A DNA stretch of 64,000 nucleotides. It comes from Gammaproteobacteria bacterium (GTDB lineage Bacteria > Pseudomonadota > Gammaproteobacteria > Eutrophobiales > Eutrophobiaceae). The notes below the pieces were generated by a model. The model had not been told where the DNA came from, ran no database searches, and worked only from the letters and a program-made list of their open reading frames with translations. Shown here in pieces: positions 19,845 through 29,470 of this stretch. The position numbers were made by a program, and so were the translations under genes. The stretch lies in contig JANQJZ010000015.1 of assembly GCA_028281365.1 (NCBI GenBank), positions 13,879 to 77,878 of the forward strand, written 5' to 3'. Positions within the stretch are counted from its first letter, which is position 1, and the number at the start of each line of letters is the position of its first letter.

Positions 19845-20800
19845 AAGGCGACTGCCTCCTGACGTAATGCTGACCCTATCGCCAATAAACAGCGTGATTG
19901 CACTAGAGGTGGAATGTTTTCAGGCACATCGATCAACTCGTTAACATCCAGAAACCTTGCAGGAATCGCTAACTGCTCTGACAGATATTCCATCACACCA
20001 GGTATTTCCTTTCCTAATGGAGTCATCACAATTGATGAAACCTGTGGTTGCGAAAAGTGACTCTCGTAATAATCCATGGAACGTTGAACTTCAATAACAA
20101 TGTTATCTAACCAACGTTGACAGGATTCATCATCCATTACACTTAAAACTGATTCAGGTAATATGGATGTACCCACGTTTATTGTTCTGGATAAATAAAG
20201 TGAAGATTGTTTTGTAATAGTGATCAATCCCTGATGTTGCCCAACATAAATTAACGCAACGCCACCCACATCCTCGGGTAACATAGCAGCAATATTCCGT
20301 AATGCTAATTCCGGAATATCAATAATATTTAGTTTTAAACCGGCATTATTAAGTTGACCGATTAATTCTCTTACCCGATTTGATTGCGCTACAACGGCAT
20401 ACATCATTTTGTTTTTGCCTGCAGCTTTATAAGAGGGCACTTCAAACACATCGACGACTGCATCATCAATATGAAAATCGATTAAATCTTTAACCCGCCA
20501 ACGAATTGCTGCACGTAGCTCTTCGGGTTGAACGTCTGGCGCCTCAACTAATAATAAGTTGTAATCACCCAGTTCCAGTGAACTGACACATTCGTATTCA
20601 TCAAGATTATATTGCTTTGTTATTCGAACCAACTCAGCATCACGAATGGAAATATTTTCTATCTCTTGTAATTCACATAGTTCAAGAGAAGGCGGCAGGT
20701 CTTTTTCACGACGCACGCGGGCTATCGTTATCGCGTTCTCATCCGAACAAACAGCGACTTTAGCATCTTTCTTAAGTCTCTTTTTGAAAAAGTCCAGCAA
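19841..20800 (-). CDS. mshI: MshI N-terminal module, a PilM-like actin-fold protein. First gene of the secretion operon.
   Basis: 319 aa cytoplasmic protein with PilM/FtsA-like organisation. A 306-bp AT-rich promoter region lies upstream. Confidence 0.65.
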   Translation of the reverse strand: MLDFFKKRLKKDAKVAVCSDENAITIARVRREKDLPPSLELCELQEIENISIRDAELVRITKQYNLDEYECVSSLELGDYNLLLVEAPDVQPEELRAAIRWRVKDLIDFHIDDAVVDVFEVPSYKAAGKNKMMYAVVAQSNRVRELIGQLNNAGLKLNIIDIPELALRNIAAMLPEDVGGVALIYVGQHQGLITITKQSSLYLSRTINVGTSILPESVLSVMDDESCQRWLDNIVIEVQRSMDYYESHFSQPQVSSIVMTPLGKEIPGVMEYLSEQLAIPARFLDVNELIDVPENIPPLVQSRCLLAIGSALRQEAVAL

Positions 20801-21106
20801 CTTATTACCCCTATTAGTATTTTAGTCTAATATTCTGCTAATATTAGTTGTCGCTAAAAAAAGACGATATTACCCCACTATTTTAACAATAAACTTAAGT
20901 TTTTCACCCTAAGTTATTAATGTCAAATAAATTTATGCTGTTAGAGCTTGAAAATATCAGGCTGAAAAAGAAATAGTAAAAACCACTAAATATATGAAAA
21001 GGTAAAATCAATACCGGACTTGCAAAAGGGAATGTGGAATTAAAGGGTATTAAGTCGATATGACTGACATTTAAGTACTTGATTTAAATATATTTTATTT
21101 CAAATA

Positions 21107-24100
21107 TTACCAGGGTTCCCGTATGTATATTAATTGTCTTGGCCCTTGGAACAAACCAAATTCGGCCCGACCAGACGGATCGACATTAAATGGCCCATCC
21201 CCGGCTTCATCAGCCCAGTCATATTGCAACCAATCCATATTGAGCCCACCTGTACTCAAATCCAGGGTGGTATCAATGAAACCGGTACAACCTGCAGCAG
21301 GGGCTGCAACATCAAAAGATAAGCCCCCGGAACCACTGGCGAATGTGGCATTTGCCATAGTTGCAGTTGCCACACCTGTACCGCCGCATGTTCCTGCATT
21401 AGTGATATCAACATTACCGTCGGTTTCACCTGTTTCAACTGCACTTGTTAAGCTTAAATCCGTTGTGGCAATAGCAGTACATCCATCATCGGTATTTGTA
21501 ATAAAGCTCTGGGTAGTACCGTCATAATATTGTGCTTCAAGCGGTACAGGTAAAGATAACAATTCAGAACCTACCACATTACCAATGAATAACCGACCGA
21601 GACGCAAATTAGCACCCGAAATGTTACTGATAACAAAATTATCAGCGGCAATAGCCTCGCAAGTACCATTATTGTTTCCGTCATAACAGATACCATCATT
21701 ATCTGTTAGATCAAATTCATCACTATTAGTACCGGAAAACGCTGTAAAACTAACATCAGCATCTGCTGCAAACGGTGCCACCAGTTCACTAACACGATCG
21801 TAGCTAAACACATCACCACTGCTTCCACTAGTTAGTGTGTAAAAAGCAACTCCGTCTAAATCATTATGATCCGACAATGTCTCGTTTACCGTATCTACGC
21901 CGGTAAAATTTGTTTGTGAGGCAGTTAATCCAGAGTTGTCACTATAACTATGTTGTATGTTTACAGATTCAGGATCTGCACCAAGAGTTGTAAGTTTCCA
22001 AAATGCCATACCATAATTCAGTGTTGTCTCTGGTGTTCCCGCACCATTCATCGCCGTCACCGTTAAAACCGGCGCGGTATTATAGTAGAAAGGCTGGTCC
22101 ATATAGGTAAAGGTACTATTACAACTATCCGCAAAATCAGGCGTATTCGCACTAACAGCAAAATGATCCGGTGTAAACCGGCCGATATTGATACTGGTAG
22201 ATGGACTTATGGTATCGCCTAAATAAGATATTGCTGTTGCCGGCGCCGTTGCATCACCGCTGGCAGTAATGGTGAATACGCCAACTTCATCAATACTCTG
22301 AGTGTGAGTATCTGTTCCTTTGTCTGCATTGAGTATATCGATGGAAGTGACTAATAGGTCACCGTCTACACCACCCGATGGCTCTATAACATTTGAATTT
22401 AACTCTATTCCAGTTATTTCAAAATTAGGTGTAGTGACATTTCCGGAACCGCCTGCAGTACAATAATCACTATCTGCATCACCATCGACACTATCCCAGG
22501 TAACCCCATTGATTGTTAAATTAAATGCCTCACTTGCTTTTCTAAATACAGTGCATGTTGCACTTGCTGGCATACAATCAGCATTGGCATCAGTCGTTTC
22601 AACACAGATGCCCGCAGGTTTTACAACAAAGGCATTACTCATGCCGATGTTATAAACCATGTTTGGAGGATCAATATCAAAACGAGCATGCAAGGTAACC
22701 TGGCCAGCATCATCATAAACAAAACGTAACGGTGTTTTTGAATCGGCATCAAAATCAAACTGGACACCGGTATAACTGGTCACTGAACCATTAGGATTAC
22801 CAGCAATAGCTTGCAAGGTAGCGCTATCGTCTTCAACCTCTATCTGGACCGTCTCACAGGCTGTCGGGTTATTACATTCGGAAGCCAATTCAACAGTGAC
22901 GTTATTTTCACTTTCAAAAACACCCTGGCATTCAACTGCACTGACTGTTTCAATCGCCTGCAAATAAAGGTCCTGAAAACCCGTGCCTGCCGTGTTGGAC
23001 TGTTTACCAGATAACTTGGCTGAAATAGATACAGGGACAGGTGGGGTAGAATTATCGACGACTCGAAAAACCGCATCACGAAATTCGATCTCAGGATCTT
23101 CTGCATCGCTGTTATCACCGTTACCTTTTTCCATATCACCATTGTCATCAGATAAGTCAATATCAATGGTTAATGCCGTTAATTGTCTCAATTCCAATGT
23201 AACACTGCTTTCTTCTGTGCCACTGGGCCAGGTATAAGTCACCGGATTACCAGCTCCCCCGAATGTACCATTTCCAGTGACTACACTTTCCCAGGTACCA
23301 GTATTGGTTGTTGTACCATCAATATAAGCATTAATGGTTAATACAGTACCGCCTAAAACATTAACAACATTATCACTGCTATCATGGGCTGTAATAGTGA
23401 CCTGTGATGCTTCACAAGTTAGACCGATTGCACCATTAGGATATGTAATCTCATAGTGATCAACCTGATCTAGTACGATTTCTAAATCTAACGTTAATGC
23501 ATCAACATCTTCCCCGCCGGATGTAAAATTGGCTTCAGAGAAGTAGATAGAGGCAGTATCTGTATTACGGTTATACAATACAACATCACCGTCCAGAACT
23601 GCTGTCCCACGGATCGTGTTATTGTTTGCAATACTGAATAAAATCAGATTCGAATCATCATTTAATAGATGCACACCATCAATATCTTCATCACCACCTG
23701 CATTAGGAATTAGATTCGTCGTTGCACTTTCATCCAGAAACATAGTGGCACAGGTATTTGTCGGATCCCATTCAACCAGATCATCGTCTATGAAATTTAA
23801 ATTTCCACCACCACACATTGGCAATGTTGCATTTCCTGTAGTTGATAAAATAATATTCCCGTTTCCGCGTACATAAACCGCATCAACGGTTTCATCAGCG
23901 GTAAAATTAGTCTCGGCAAATAATGTTCCAACAAAATTATATACACCTGCAGAACCTGAAGGCGTCACTTCAACAATATCGCCATTTGCAAAAGTATTTC
24001 CACCAATAGTTGCGCCACCGGCGGTGGTCACTGCAAGATTACCGTTAGTATATTGATGTATACCATTCAGTGTTTCATTCGCGGCAAAAGTTGCGTCGTC

Positions 24101-26260
24101 AAAAAATAGGGTCCCTGAATCATTTAGAATATCGTATTCAACTGCTTCATCCTGATCGATGGCCTGTCCACCAAGCGTTGAATTATTATTAGTGCTGACA
24201 ATGATATTTCTTAGATCGGCGTACCAAATCTCAACCTGATGACAATATGTATCATCGACCAGGACTGTTGCAGCCTGGGTTAACGAAATATTGCCATAAG
24301 TAACACTGCTTACCCGGCCCGTACCACATCCAGAAGGTTCCTCTATCGTTATACCAACGATAAGTTTTGTATTGATCGTATCATTAGTAACAAAAGTATG
24401 TGTCCAACTTAATGTAGATGTTGTGGCTGCACCGGTATCATTACTGGCCGCTGCATCAAAGGCAATCGTTGAACCCGCTGCCGGAGCAACGGCAATAATG
24501 GCATGTGCAATCCGATTTGAGTCAGGTGGATTATCAAAATCCTGTGTCATTGAATCCAAACCGGCCGTTGCAACCGGTTTGGTACTCATTGCACCGGTCG
24601 AACTGTCTGCTGAAGTATCCCAACGTTCTGTCTGCCCCGCACCTGGTGTAAATGAACCGGGCTGACCATCGCCAACCGTATCAATCAACCAGGCGTTGTT
24701 CGTTAGGGTCGTGATATTGGTTGTAATATCATTATCAGCATCGGTTGTTTCGGTACCAGTTGCCGTAGCCTCGGGGGTACCAAGAGATGTACCGGTAAGG
24801 CTGATTGATCCGCCATTAATATTATCAACGTTACCGGTTAGCGTAACTGTAACCGTATTAGTAATTACAATCGGCGTTAAAGCCACGAGTTGAGCAACAC
24901 CGGTATCCGCATTACCTGCAACGGTTGCCGTTTTGTTACCTGTTGCACCAGTAGCAGCTTGTAAAACATCATTCATTTCCAGTGATATACCTGCCGCATT
25001 CGGTGTTGTTAATGAGGCAACATCGACCTGTTCTGTCATGCCAGCAGGTGGCGTCCACGTTTCTGATGAACTAAAACTATGCGTACTGACTATCATGGTA
25101 TTTGCTACGGTTGTATTAATACTATTTGCAGTATGACTGGTGCCAGATACTGTCGTGTTACCGCCCGATGCATCGATAGGACTAGTCGTATCGACCCCCC
25201 TATACGTAATAATACCACCCGCAGTTCCTGTAATTGCAACACCAGAAAAAGCCCAAACATATGCAGTCGGTTCTGTAGAAGTCGCTACCCGATAATAAGT
25301 CGCTTGCGAATTACTATTTCCAGCTGCCTGATTAACACGGTTTATTAATGTCCATCCGGCTGGAGCTGTTATTGTTGTTGTCGAAGGTCTTACAGAAATT
25401 GCTGCAAGCATGACATCATTTGTTGTTGTCCCAGTAGGAACATTGATAGATATACCATCAAGCGAGTTATCAGGTGTCAGTGCAAACAACACACCGATAC
25501 TCTCGTCAGTACCAAGGTTTTGTGGCCAGGTAAATGCCCCCTTTGCGCCTGCTGTTGCTTCCTGCCGGTAATTAAGAGAAATCGCACTGTCTCTATTAGC
25601 AGCCGAAGCGGAATCAAACGATTCAGAAAAACCATCTGCCTCGGTAACCACGGCATTATCATTGATAAACGTAACGGCAATAGACATTGCAGTGGCAGTA
25701 GTCGTTGTCTCGGTACCTGTCGTGACGTTTGCTGTATTTTGCGTGCTTGAATTTCCTGCAAGTATGGGATTGGTCTCAAACGGTGCAGTTGTATTGACAC
25801 CATCGAACCGGGAAATCCGACCTCGTAATGATTGACAATTAGCAGGGCCGCCAGTTGATGTTGACGTTATCGTATTTGGATCACCCCCGGTAGCAATACG
25901 CCAAAAAATATAACCGCCAAGATCCTGGTTACCATCAACACCATGGTACCCGGAATAATATAGGTTCCAGCCTGGCATTGTTACATTGGTCGTGTTTTCC
26001 CTGATTACGGCTACAGCGATTAATAGATCACCAACACTACCTGCAGGTATTGTTGGCGAAATATTTCCACAATTATTTCTCGAAACAAATGTCCCGGTGC
26101 CAACATGATTAATGATACCAACCGTAGTTCCGCTTTGTTCTGATGCAACCGTTGAGATTGCGGCATATGCCGGTAATGCATGGATTGTAAAGACACTAAA
26201 TAAAAAACAAACACAATATTTGCGAATAACAAATATAAAATTTTTAGTGCCTGTTTTCAT
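21107..26260 (-). CDS. Giant secreted Thr/Gly/Asn/Asp-rich repeat protein (1717 aa). Candidate MshQ-like pilus-associated adhesin.
   Basis: Uninterrupted 5.15-kb ORF. Sec signal MKTGTKNFIFVIRKYCVCFLFSVFTIHALPAYA. Low-complexity T/G/S/N/D-rich beta-type sequence. Three internal repeats (FDDATFAANETLNG / LFAETNFTADETVDA / IYFSEANFTSGGEDVDA). Co-operonic with the ECF sigma/anti-sigma pair, and mshQ is missing from its canonical place. Confidence 0.6.
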   Translation of the reverse strand: MKTGTKNFIFVIRKYCVCFLFSVFTIHALPAYAAISTVASEQSGTTVGIINHVGTGTFVSRNNCGNISPTIPAGSVGDLLIAVAVIRENTTNVTMPGWNLYYSGYHGVDGNQDLGGYIFWRIATGGDPNTITSTSTGGPANCQSLRGRISRFDGVNTTAPFETNPILAGNSSTQNTANVTTGTETTTTATAMSIAVTFINDNAVVTEADGFSESFDSASAANRDSAISLNYRQEATAGAKGAFTWPQNLGTDESIGVLFALTPDNSLDGISINVPTGTTTNDVMLAAISVRPSTTTITAPAGWTLINRVNQAAGNSNSQATYYRVATSTEPTAYVWAFSGVAITGTAGGIITYRGVDTTSPIDASGGNTTVSGTSHTANSINTTVANTMIVSTHSFSSSETWTPPAGMTEQVDVASLTTPNAAGISLEMNDVLQAATGATGNKTATVAGNADTGVAQLVALTPIVITNTVTVTLTGNVDNINGGSISLTGTSLGTPEATATGTETTDADNDITTNITTLTNNAWLIDTVGDGQPGSFTPGAGQTERWDTSADSSTGAMSTKPVATAGLDSMTQDFDNPPDSNRIAHAIIAVAPAAGSTIAFDAAASNDTGAATTSTLSWTHTFVTNDTINTKLIVGITIEEPSGCGTGRVSSVTYGNISLTQAATVLVDDTYCHQVEIWYADLRNIIVSTNNNSTLGGQAIDQDEAVEYDILNDSGTLFFDDATFAANETLNGIHQYTNGNLAVTTAGGATIGGNTFANGDIVEVTPSGSAGVYNFVGTLFAETNFTADETVDAVYVRGNGNIILSTTGNATLPMCGGGNLNFIDDDLVEWDPTNTCATMFLDESATTNLIPNAGGDEDIDGVHLLNDDSNLILFSIANNNTIRGTAVLDGDVVLYNRNTDTASIYFSEANFTSGGEDVDALTLDLEIVLDQVDHYEITYPNGAIGLTCEASQVTITAHDSSDNVVNVLGGTVLTINAYIDGTTTNTGTWESVVTGNGTFGGAGNPVTYTWPSGTEESSVTLELRQLTALTIDIDLSDDNGDMEKGNGDNSDAEDPEIEFRDAVFRVVDNSTPPVPVSISAKLSGKQSNTAGTGFQDLYLQAIETVSAVECQGVFESENNVTVELASECNNPTACETVQIEVEDDSATLQAIAGNPNGSVTSYTGVQFDFDADSKTPLRFVYDDAGQVTLHARFDIDPPNMVYNIGMSNAFVVKPAGICVETTDANADCMPASATCTVFRKASEAFNLTINGVTWDSVDGDADSDYCTAGGSGNVTTPNFEITGIELNSNVIEPSGGVDGDLLVTSIDILNADKGTDTHTQSIDEVGVFTITASGDATAPATAISYLGDTISPSTSINIGRFTPDHFAVSANTPDFADSCNSTFTYMDQPFYYNTAPVLTVTAMNGAGTPETTLNYGMAFWKLTTLGADPESVNIQHSYSDNSGLTASQTNFTGVDTVNETLSDHNDLDGVAFYTLTSGSSGDVFSYDRVSELVAPFAADADVSFTAFSGTNSDEFDLTDNDGICYDGNNNGTCEAIAADNFVISNISGANLRLGRLFIGNVVGSELLSLPVPLEAQYYDGTTQSFITNTDDGCTAIATTDLSLTSAVETGETDGNVDITNAGTCGGTGVATATMANATFASGSGGLSFDVAAPAAGCTGFIDTTLDLSTGGLNMDWLQYDWADEAGDGPFNVDPSGRAEFGLFQGPRQLIYIREPW

Positions 26261-26264
26261 AATA

Positions 26265-26672
26265 TTAATATGATTCTCTCTGATAGATTATTGGTGAATC
26301 ATTATCTCGATAACCGGTATTGTTGCTCTCACCAGCCTCCGTTTTTTGATCATCATCAACCACTCCGGGTCCGGATTCATTCATCTTACCATTGCCTTGC
26401 AGTTGTTTTTCTATAATTTCCGGTTGCTGTTTACTCACTATCATATCTCCGATCCACCATGCTGCACTTGCAAAACCACCCGCTAATAATAAAACGATCC
26501 ACCACGGTATTTTGTTCAGGCTTTTTTGAGTCCTGGTTCTCTTTGCATGAAGTAGTAACCTGCTTTCAATAGTCGACAGTCTTGATTGGTCGGCGTCAGG
26601 CATGGATTCATAAACCTGTACAATCAGGTGTTCAACCTCTGACTCTGAAACAGGTGGAAATTTATGTGTCAC
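26265..26672 (-). CDS. Putative single-pass anti-sigma factor.
   Basis: 135 aa. Cytoplasmic N-terminus, one TM (WWIVLLLAGGFASAAWWI), short periplasmic tail. Overlaps the ECF sigma gene by 11 nt and ends 4 nt before the giant gene. Confidence 0.5.
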   Translation of the reverse strand: MTHKFPPVSESEVEHLIVQVYESMPDADQSRLSTIESRLLLHAKRTRTQKSLNKIPWWIVLLLAGGFASAAWWIGDMIVSKQQPEIIEKQLQGNGKMNESGPGVVDDDQKTEAGESNNTGYRDNDSPIIYQRESY

Positions 26673-27195
26673 TTGAGTCCTCTTGCCATCGCTGCTTCAG
26701 CTTATTAATGATGGCTGCACATTGTCTACGTACTGTGCCTTCCGGTAATTCCAGCATTGTTGCGATCTCTTTATGTGTTAACCCAACTCTATAACGCATG
26801 AACAACAGATTTTGTTCATCCTGGGGAAGTTTTTTTATTAATCTTTCAAGATAAAGTTGTTGATCCTTATATTCAGGATCCTGGCCCGCTTGTTGTTCTA
26901 TATCTATATCAATATTATCGACAGGTGACGCTTTCTCTCTACGATAAGCATCAATATGTAAATTGATCGCTATTCGATATAACAACGCTTTGGGAGATCG
27001 TAAATCTTTACAAACAACCTGAATAAATTTAAGAAAAGCATCCGCAAGCAGGTCATACGCGGCATCCGGATTACACCCCCTGTTTTTTAAAAATTGCCAC
27101 AGACGAGGTGACTCGGAACGATAAAAGCGGCTGAATGCATTTGTATCTGCATCTTTACAATATTGTTCGAGTAATTGTTTCGAATTGTCCTGCAT
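26662..27195 (-). CDS. ECF-type RNA polymerase sigma-70 family factor.
   Basis: 177 aa. Region 2 (AAYDLLADAFLKFIQ...LYRIAINLHIDAYRR) and region 4 HTH (LTHKEIATMLELPEGTVRRQ). Confidence 0.8.
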   Translation of the reverse strand: MQDNSKQLLEQYCKDADTNAFSRFYRSESPRLWQFLKNRGCNPDAAYDLLADAFLKFIQVVCKDLRSPKALLYRIAINLHIDAYRREKASPVDNIDIDIEQQAGQDPEYKDQQLYLERLIKKLPQDEQNLLFMRYRVGLTHKEIATMLELPEGTVRRQCAAIINKLKQRWQEDSSDT

Positions 27196-27254
27196 AACAC
27201 ATAACCTGTTGCAGGAAAGAGATTATCGTAGAACAGGATTAAAAAGAATATGAA

Positions 27255-28247
27255 TTAGTTTATTTCCGCACGCGGATCACGGGTTAATAATGCCTGTACT
27301 GCATCTTTTGGTTCAACTTCGCCATTGAGTACTCGCATTACCTGCTCGCTGATTGGCATTTCTATCTGATGTTTCCTTGCTAATTGTTCAACCTCGATAG
27401 CAGTTTTGATACCTTCGATCGCTTGTCCAATCTTTTTTTGTGCTTCTTCCAAAGAAAGTCCTTCAGCCAACAATAGACCCAAACTACGATTACGTGATTG
27501 GTTATCGGTACAGGTTAAAACTAAATCCCCCAGACCTGCCAAACCCATAAAGGTTTCCTGCTTTGCACCAAGTGCCATACCCAATCGCATTATCTCGGCA
27601 AGCCCCCGGGTAATTAATGCTGATCGCGTGTTTGCACCAAAACCTAAACCATCTGCAATACCTGCTGCAATTGCCATTACGTTTTTAACAGCACCACCAA
27701 CCTGAACACCAATATAATCATCATGTGTATAAATTCGAAATAACTCGTTATGAAACAAATTAGCAAAGTCCTGTGCAACGTTATCATCAGTTGCAGTAAT
27801 CGTTACCGCAGTCGGATAGCCGGCAGCAACTTCTTTTGCAAACGAGGGTCCGGATAATATTGCAGTAGGGCAATCAAGCACTTCTTTTACAACTTCATGA
27901 TTTAATTTTTGTGTGCCCGATTCAAAACCTTTGCAAGCCAAACAAATTTTTATATCGGAAAATGAATTTAATGAATCCAGGCTGGTACGCAGACCATGAC
28001 ATGGTACCGCATTCACAAATAGAGAAGTGTCTGCAGGTACCTGATCAATAGATTCGACTGGAAAAAGGTTTTCAGGAAATTTGACTGAAGGAATATATCG
28101 TTCATTGGAACGGTTATTTTGTAAATCTTTAACAAGATCTGTATCAATGTCCCAAAGATAAACCTGGTGTTGGTTACGAGCCAAAACTAATGCCAATGCA
28201 GTGCCCCACGATCCTGCACCAAGCACTAGTACTGTCTTCATCGACAT
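27255..28247 (-). CDS. gpsA: NAD(P)H-dependent glycerol-3-phosphate dehydrogenase.
   Basis: 330 aa. N-terminal Rossmann VLVLGAGSWGTALALVLARN. secB-gpsA synteny. Confidence 0.9.
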   Translation of the reverse strand: MSMKTVLVLGAGSWGTALALVLARNQHQVYLWDIDTDLVKDLQNNRSNERYIPSVKFPENLFPVESIDQVPADTSLFVNAVPCHGLRTSLDSLNSFSDIKICLACKGFESGTQKLNHEVVKEVLDCPTAILSGPSFAKEVAAGYPTAVTITATDDNVAQDFANLFHNELFRIYTHDDYIGVQVGGAVKNVMAIAAGIADGLGFGANTRSALITRGLAEIMRLGMALGAKQETFMGLAGLGDLVLTCTDNQSRNRSLGLLLAEGLSLEEAQKKIGQAIEGIKTAIEVEQLARKHQIEMPISEQVMRVLNGEVEPKDAVQALLTRDPRAEIN

Positions 28248-28259
28248 TAATTATACCTG

Positions 28260-28733
28260 CTAGTGTGTTGTTTTTTCCTGTTCAGCCGCTTGTTGTTGCT
28301 GCTGAACATATAAAGCGTCGAAGTTTACCGGTGCAAGTAATAATTGCGGAAAACCACCGCGGGTGACAATATCTGAAATCGTTTCACGGGCAAAAGGAAA
28401 TAGAATATTTGGGCAAACTGTTGCCAACGTTCGATCCATTATATCTTCGGGGATATTATTAATAAAAAATATTCCGGCCTGATTAACTTCTACCAAATAA
28501 GCTGTTTTATCATTAATCTTGACCGTCAAAGTCACAGACAGAACAATTTCGTATAGATTATCTTCAATTTTATTTGCTTCATTTGTCATGTGCATATCGA
28601 CAACGGGCTTCCATTCCATCTTGAAAACCTCTGGAGAATTGGGTGTTTCAAAAGAGAGATCTTTTACGTAGACCTTTTGCACTGAAAATTGAATTTCAGC
28701 ATTTTGTTCTTCATTCCTGTTTTCTTTAGCCAT
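28260..28733 (-). CDS. secB: Protein-export chaperone SecB.
   Basis: 157 aa. EIQFSVQKVYVKDLSFETPNSPEVF matches the SecB N-terminus. Acidic C-terminal tail. Confidence 0.9.
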   Translation of the reverse strand: MAKENRNEEQNAEIQFSVQKVYVKDLSFETPNSPEVFKMEWKPVVDMHMTNEANKIEDNLYEIVLSVTLTVKINDKTAYLVEVNQAGIFFINNIPEDIMDRTLATVCPNILFPFARETISDIVTRGGFPQLLLAPVNFDALYVQQQQQAAEQEKTTH

Positions 28734-28757
28734 TTTTAAACCTGTTTATAATATTAA

Positions 28758-29189
28758 TTATTTTAGTCCTTTGGTTAAAGGCAAGCTTGCATTCTCCCAG
28801 GCTAAAAGACCACCTTTAAGACAATATACTTTTTCATACCCTTCATTCATTAATTTCCTTGCTTCCCTTGAAGAAACCGAACCATTTGTACAACAGAAAA
28901 TAATTCCCTTGTCTTTATAGGGTTTCAGTTTATCAAGTTGGTTTCCTAATTGGTCAACACTAATATTAATAGCATCAATGATATGGCCCTTTTCAAATTC
29001 CGATTGGGATCGTAAATCTATAACCTTTGCATCTTCGCGATTAATCAATCGGGTCACTTCATCAGGAATGACCAGCTTGATACCACTCAAAATATCTCCA
29101 AACAGATTCCACATTAGTAGCGTCAGAATGGCAATTAACAATGAAAATAAAAATAGATGATTGGCTACAAATTCGGGGAAACGTTCCAT
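28758..29189 (-). CDS. yibN: Membrane-anchored rhodanese-domain protein, YibN-like.
   Basis: 143 aa, the same length as E. coli YibN. N-terminal TM. Rhodanese active-site Cys loop FCCTNGSVSS. Same position relative to secB-gpsA and divergent from gpmI as in E. coli. Confidence 0.75.
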   Translation of the reverse strand: MERFPEFVANHLFLFSLLIAILTLLMWNLFGDILSGIKLVIPDEVTRLINREDAKVIDLRSQSEFEKGHIIDAINISVDQLGNQLDKLKPYKDKGIIFCCTNGSVSSREARKLMNEGYEKVYCLKGGLLAWENASLPLTKGLK

Positions 29190-29470
29190 TTGCTACTCTC
29201 AAAAATCACTCGTAAAAAAATGAGGGTCGCATAATACGTGATATCAGCATGTGAAAAAACAGCTGGGATAGCCAAAAACCGCAATTATATATGTATGTGT
29301 AGTCAGCCACAGATTCATGCTAAGATTCGCGCACATTAAATTTGTACTGATTTGCGGGTTTTAGACTCATTACTAGTAAGCCTAATTGCCTATTAATATT
29401 GCATATTGAAATTGCAGCAGTCTCCATCACCCCCCATTTCTGACTAACCGAAGTGTAATTTAATTCCACA

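Noticed and set aside
21123-25803. Numerous 60-135-aa ORFs on both strands inside the giant gene, for example 21123..21527 +, 24372..24665 + and 25477..25803 -.
   Set aside because: They are shadow frames of a compositionally biased 5.15-kb coding sequence. They have no start context and sit antisense or out of frame to a continuous 1717-codon ORF.
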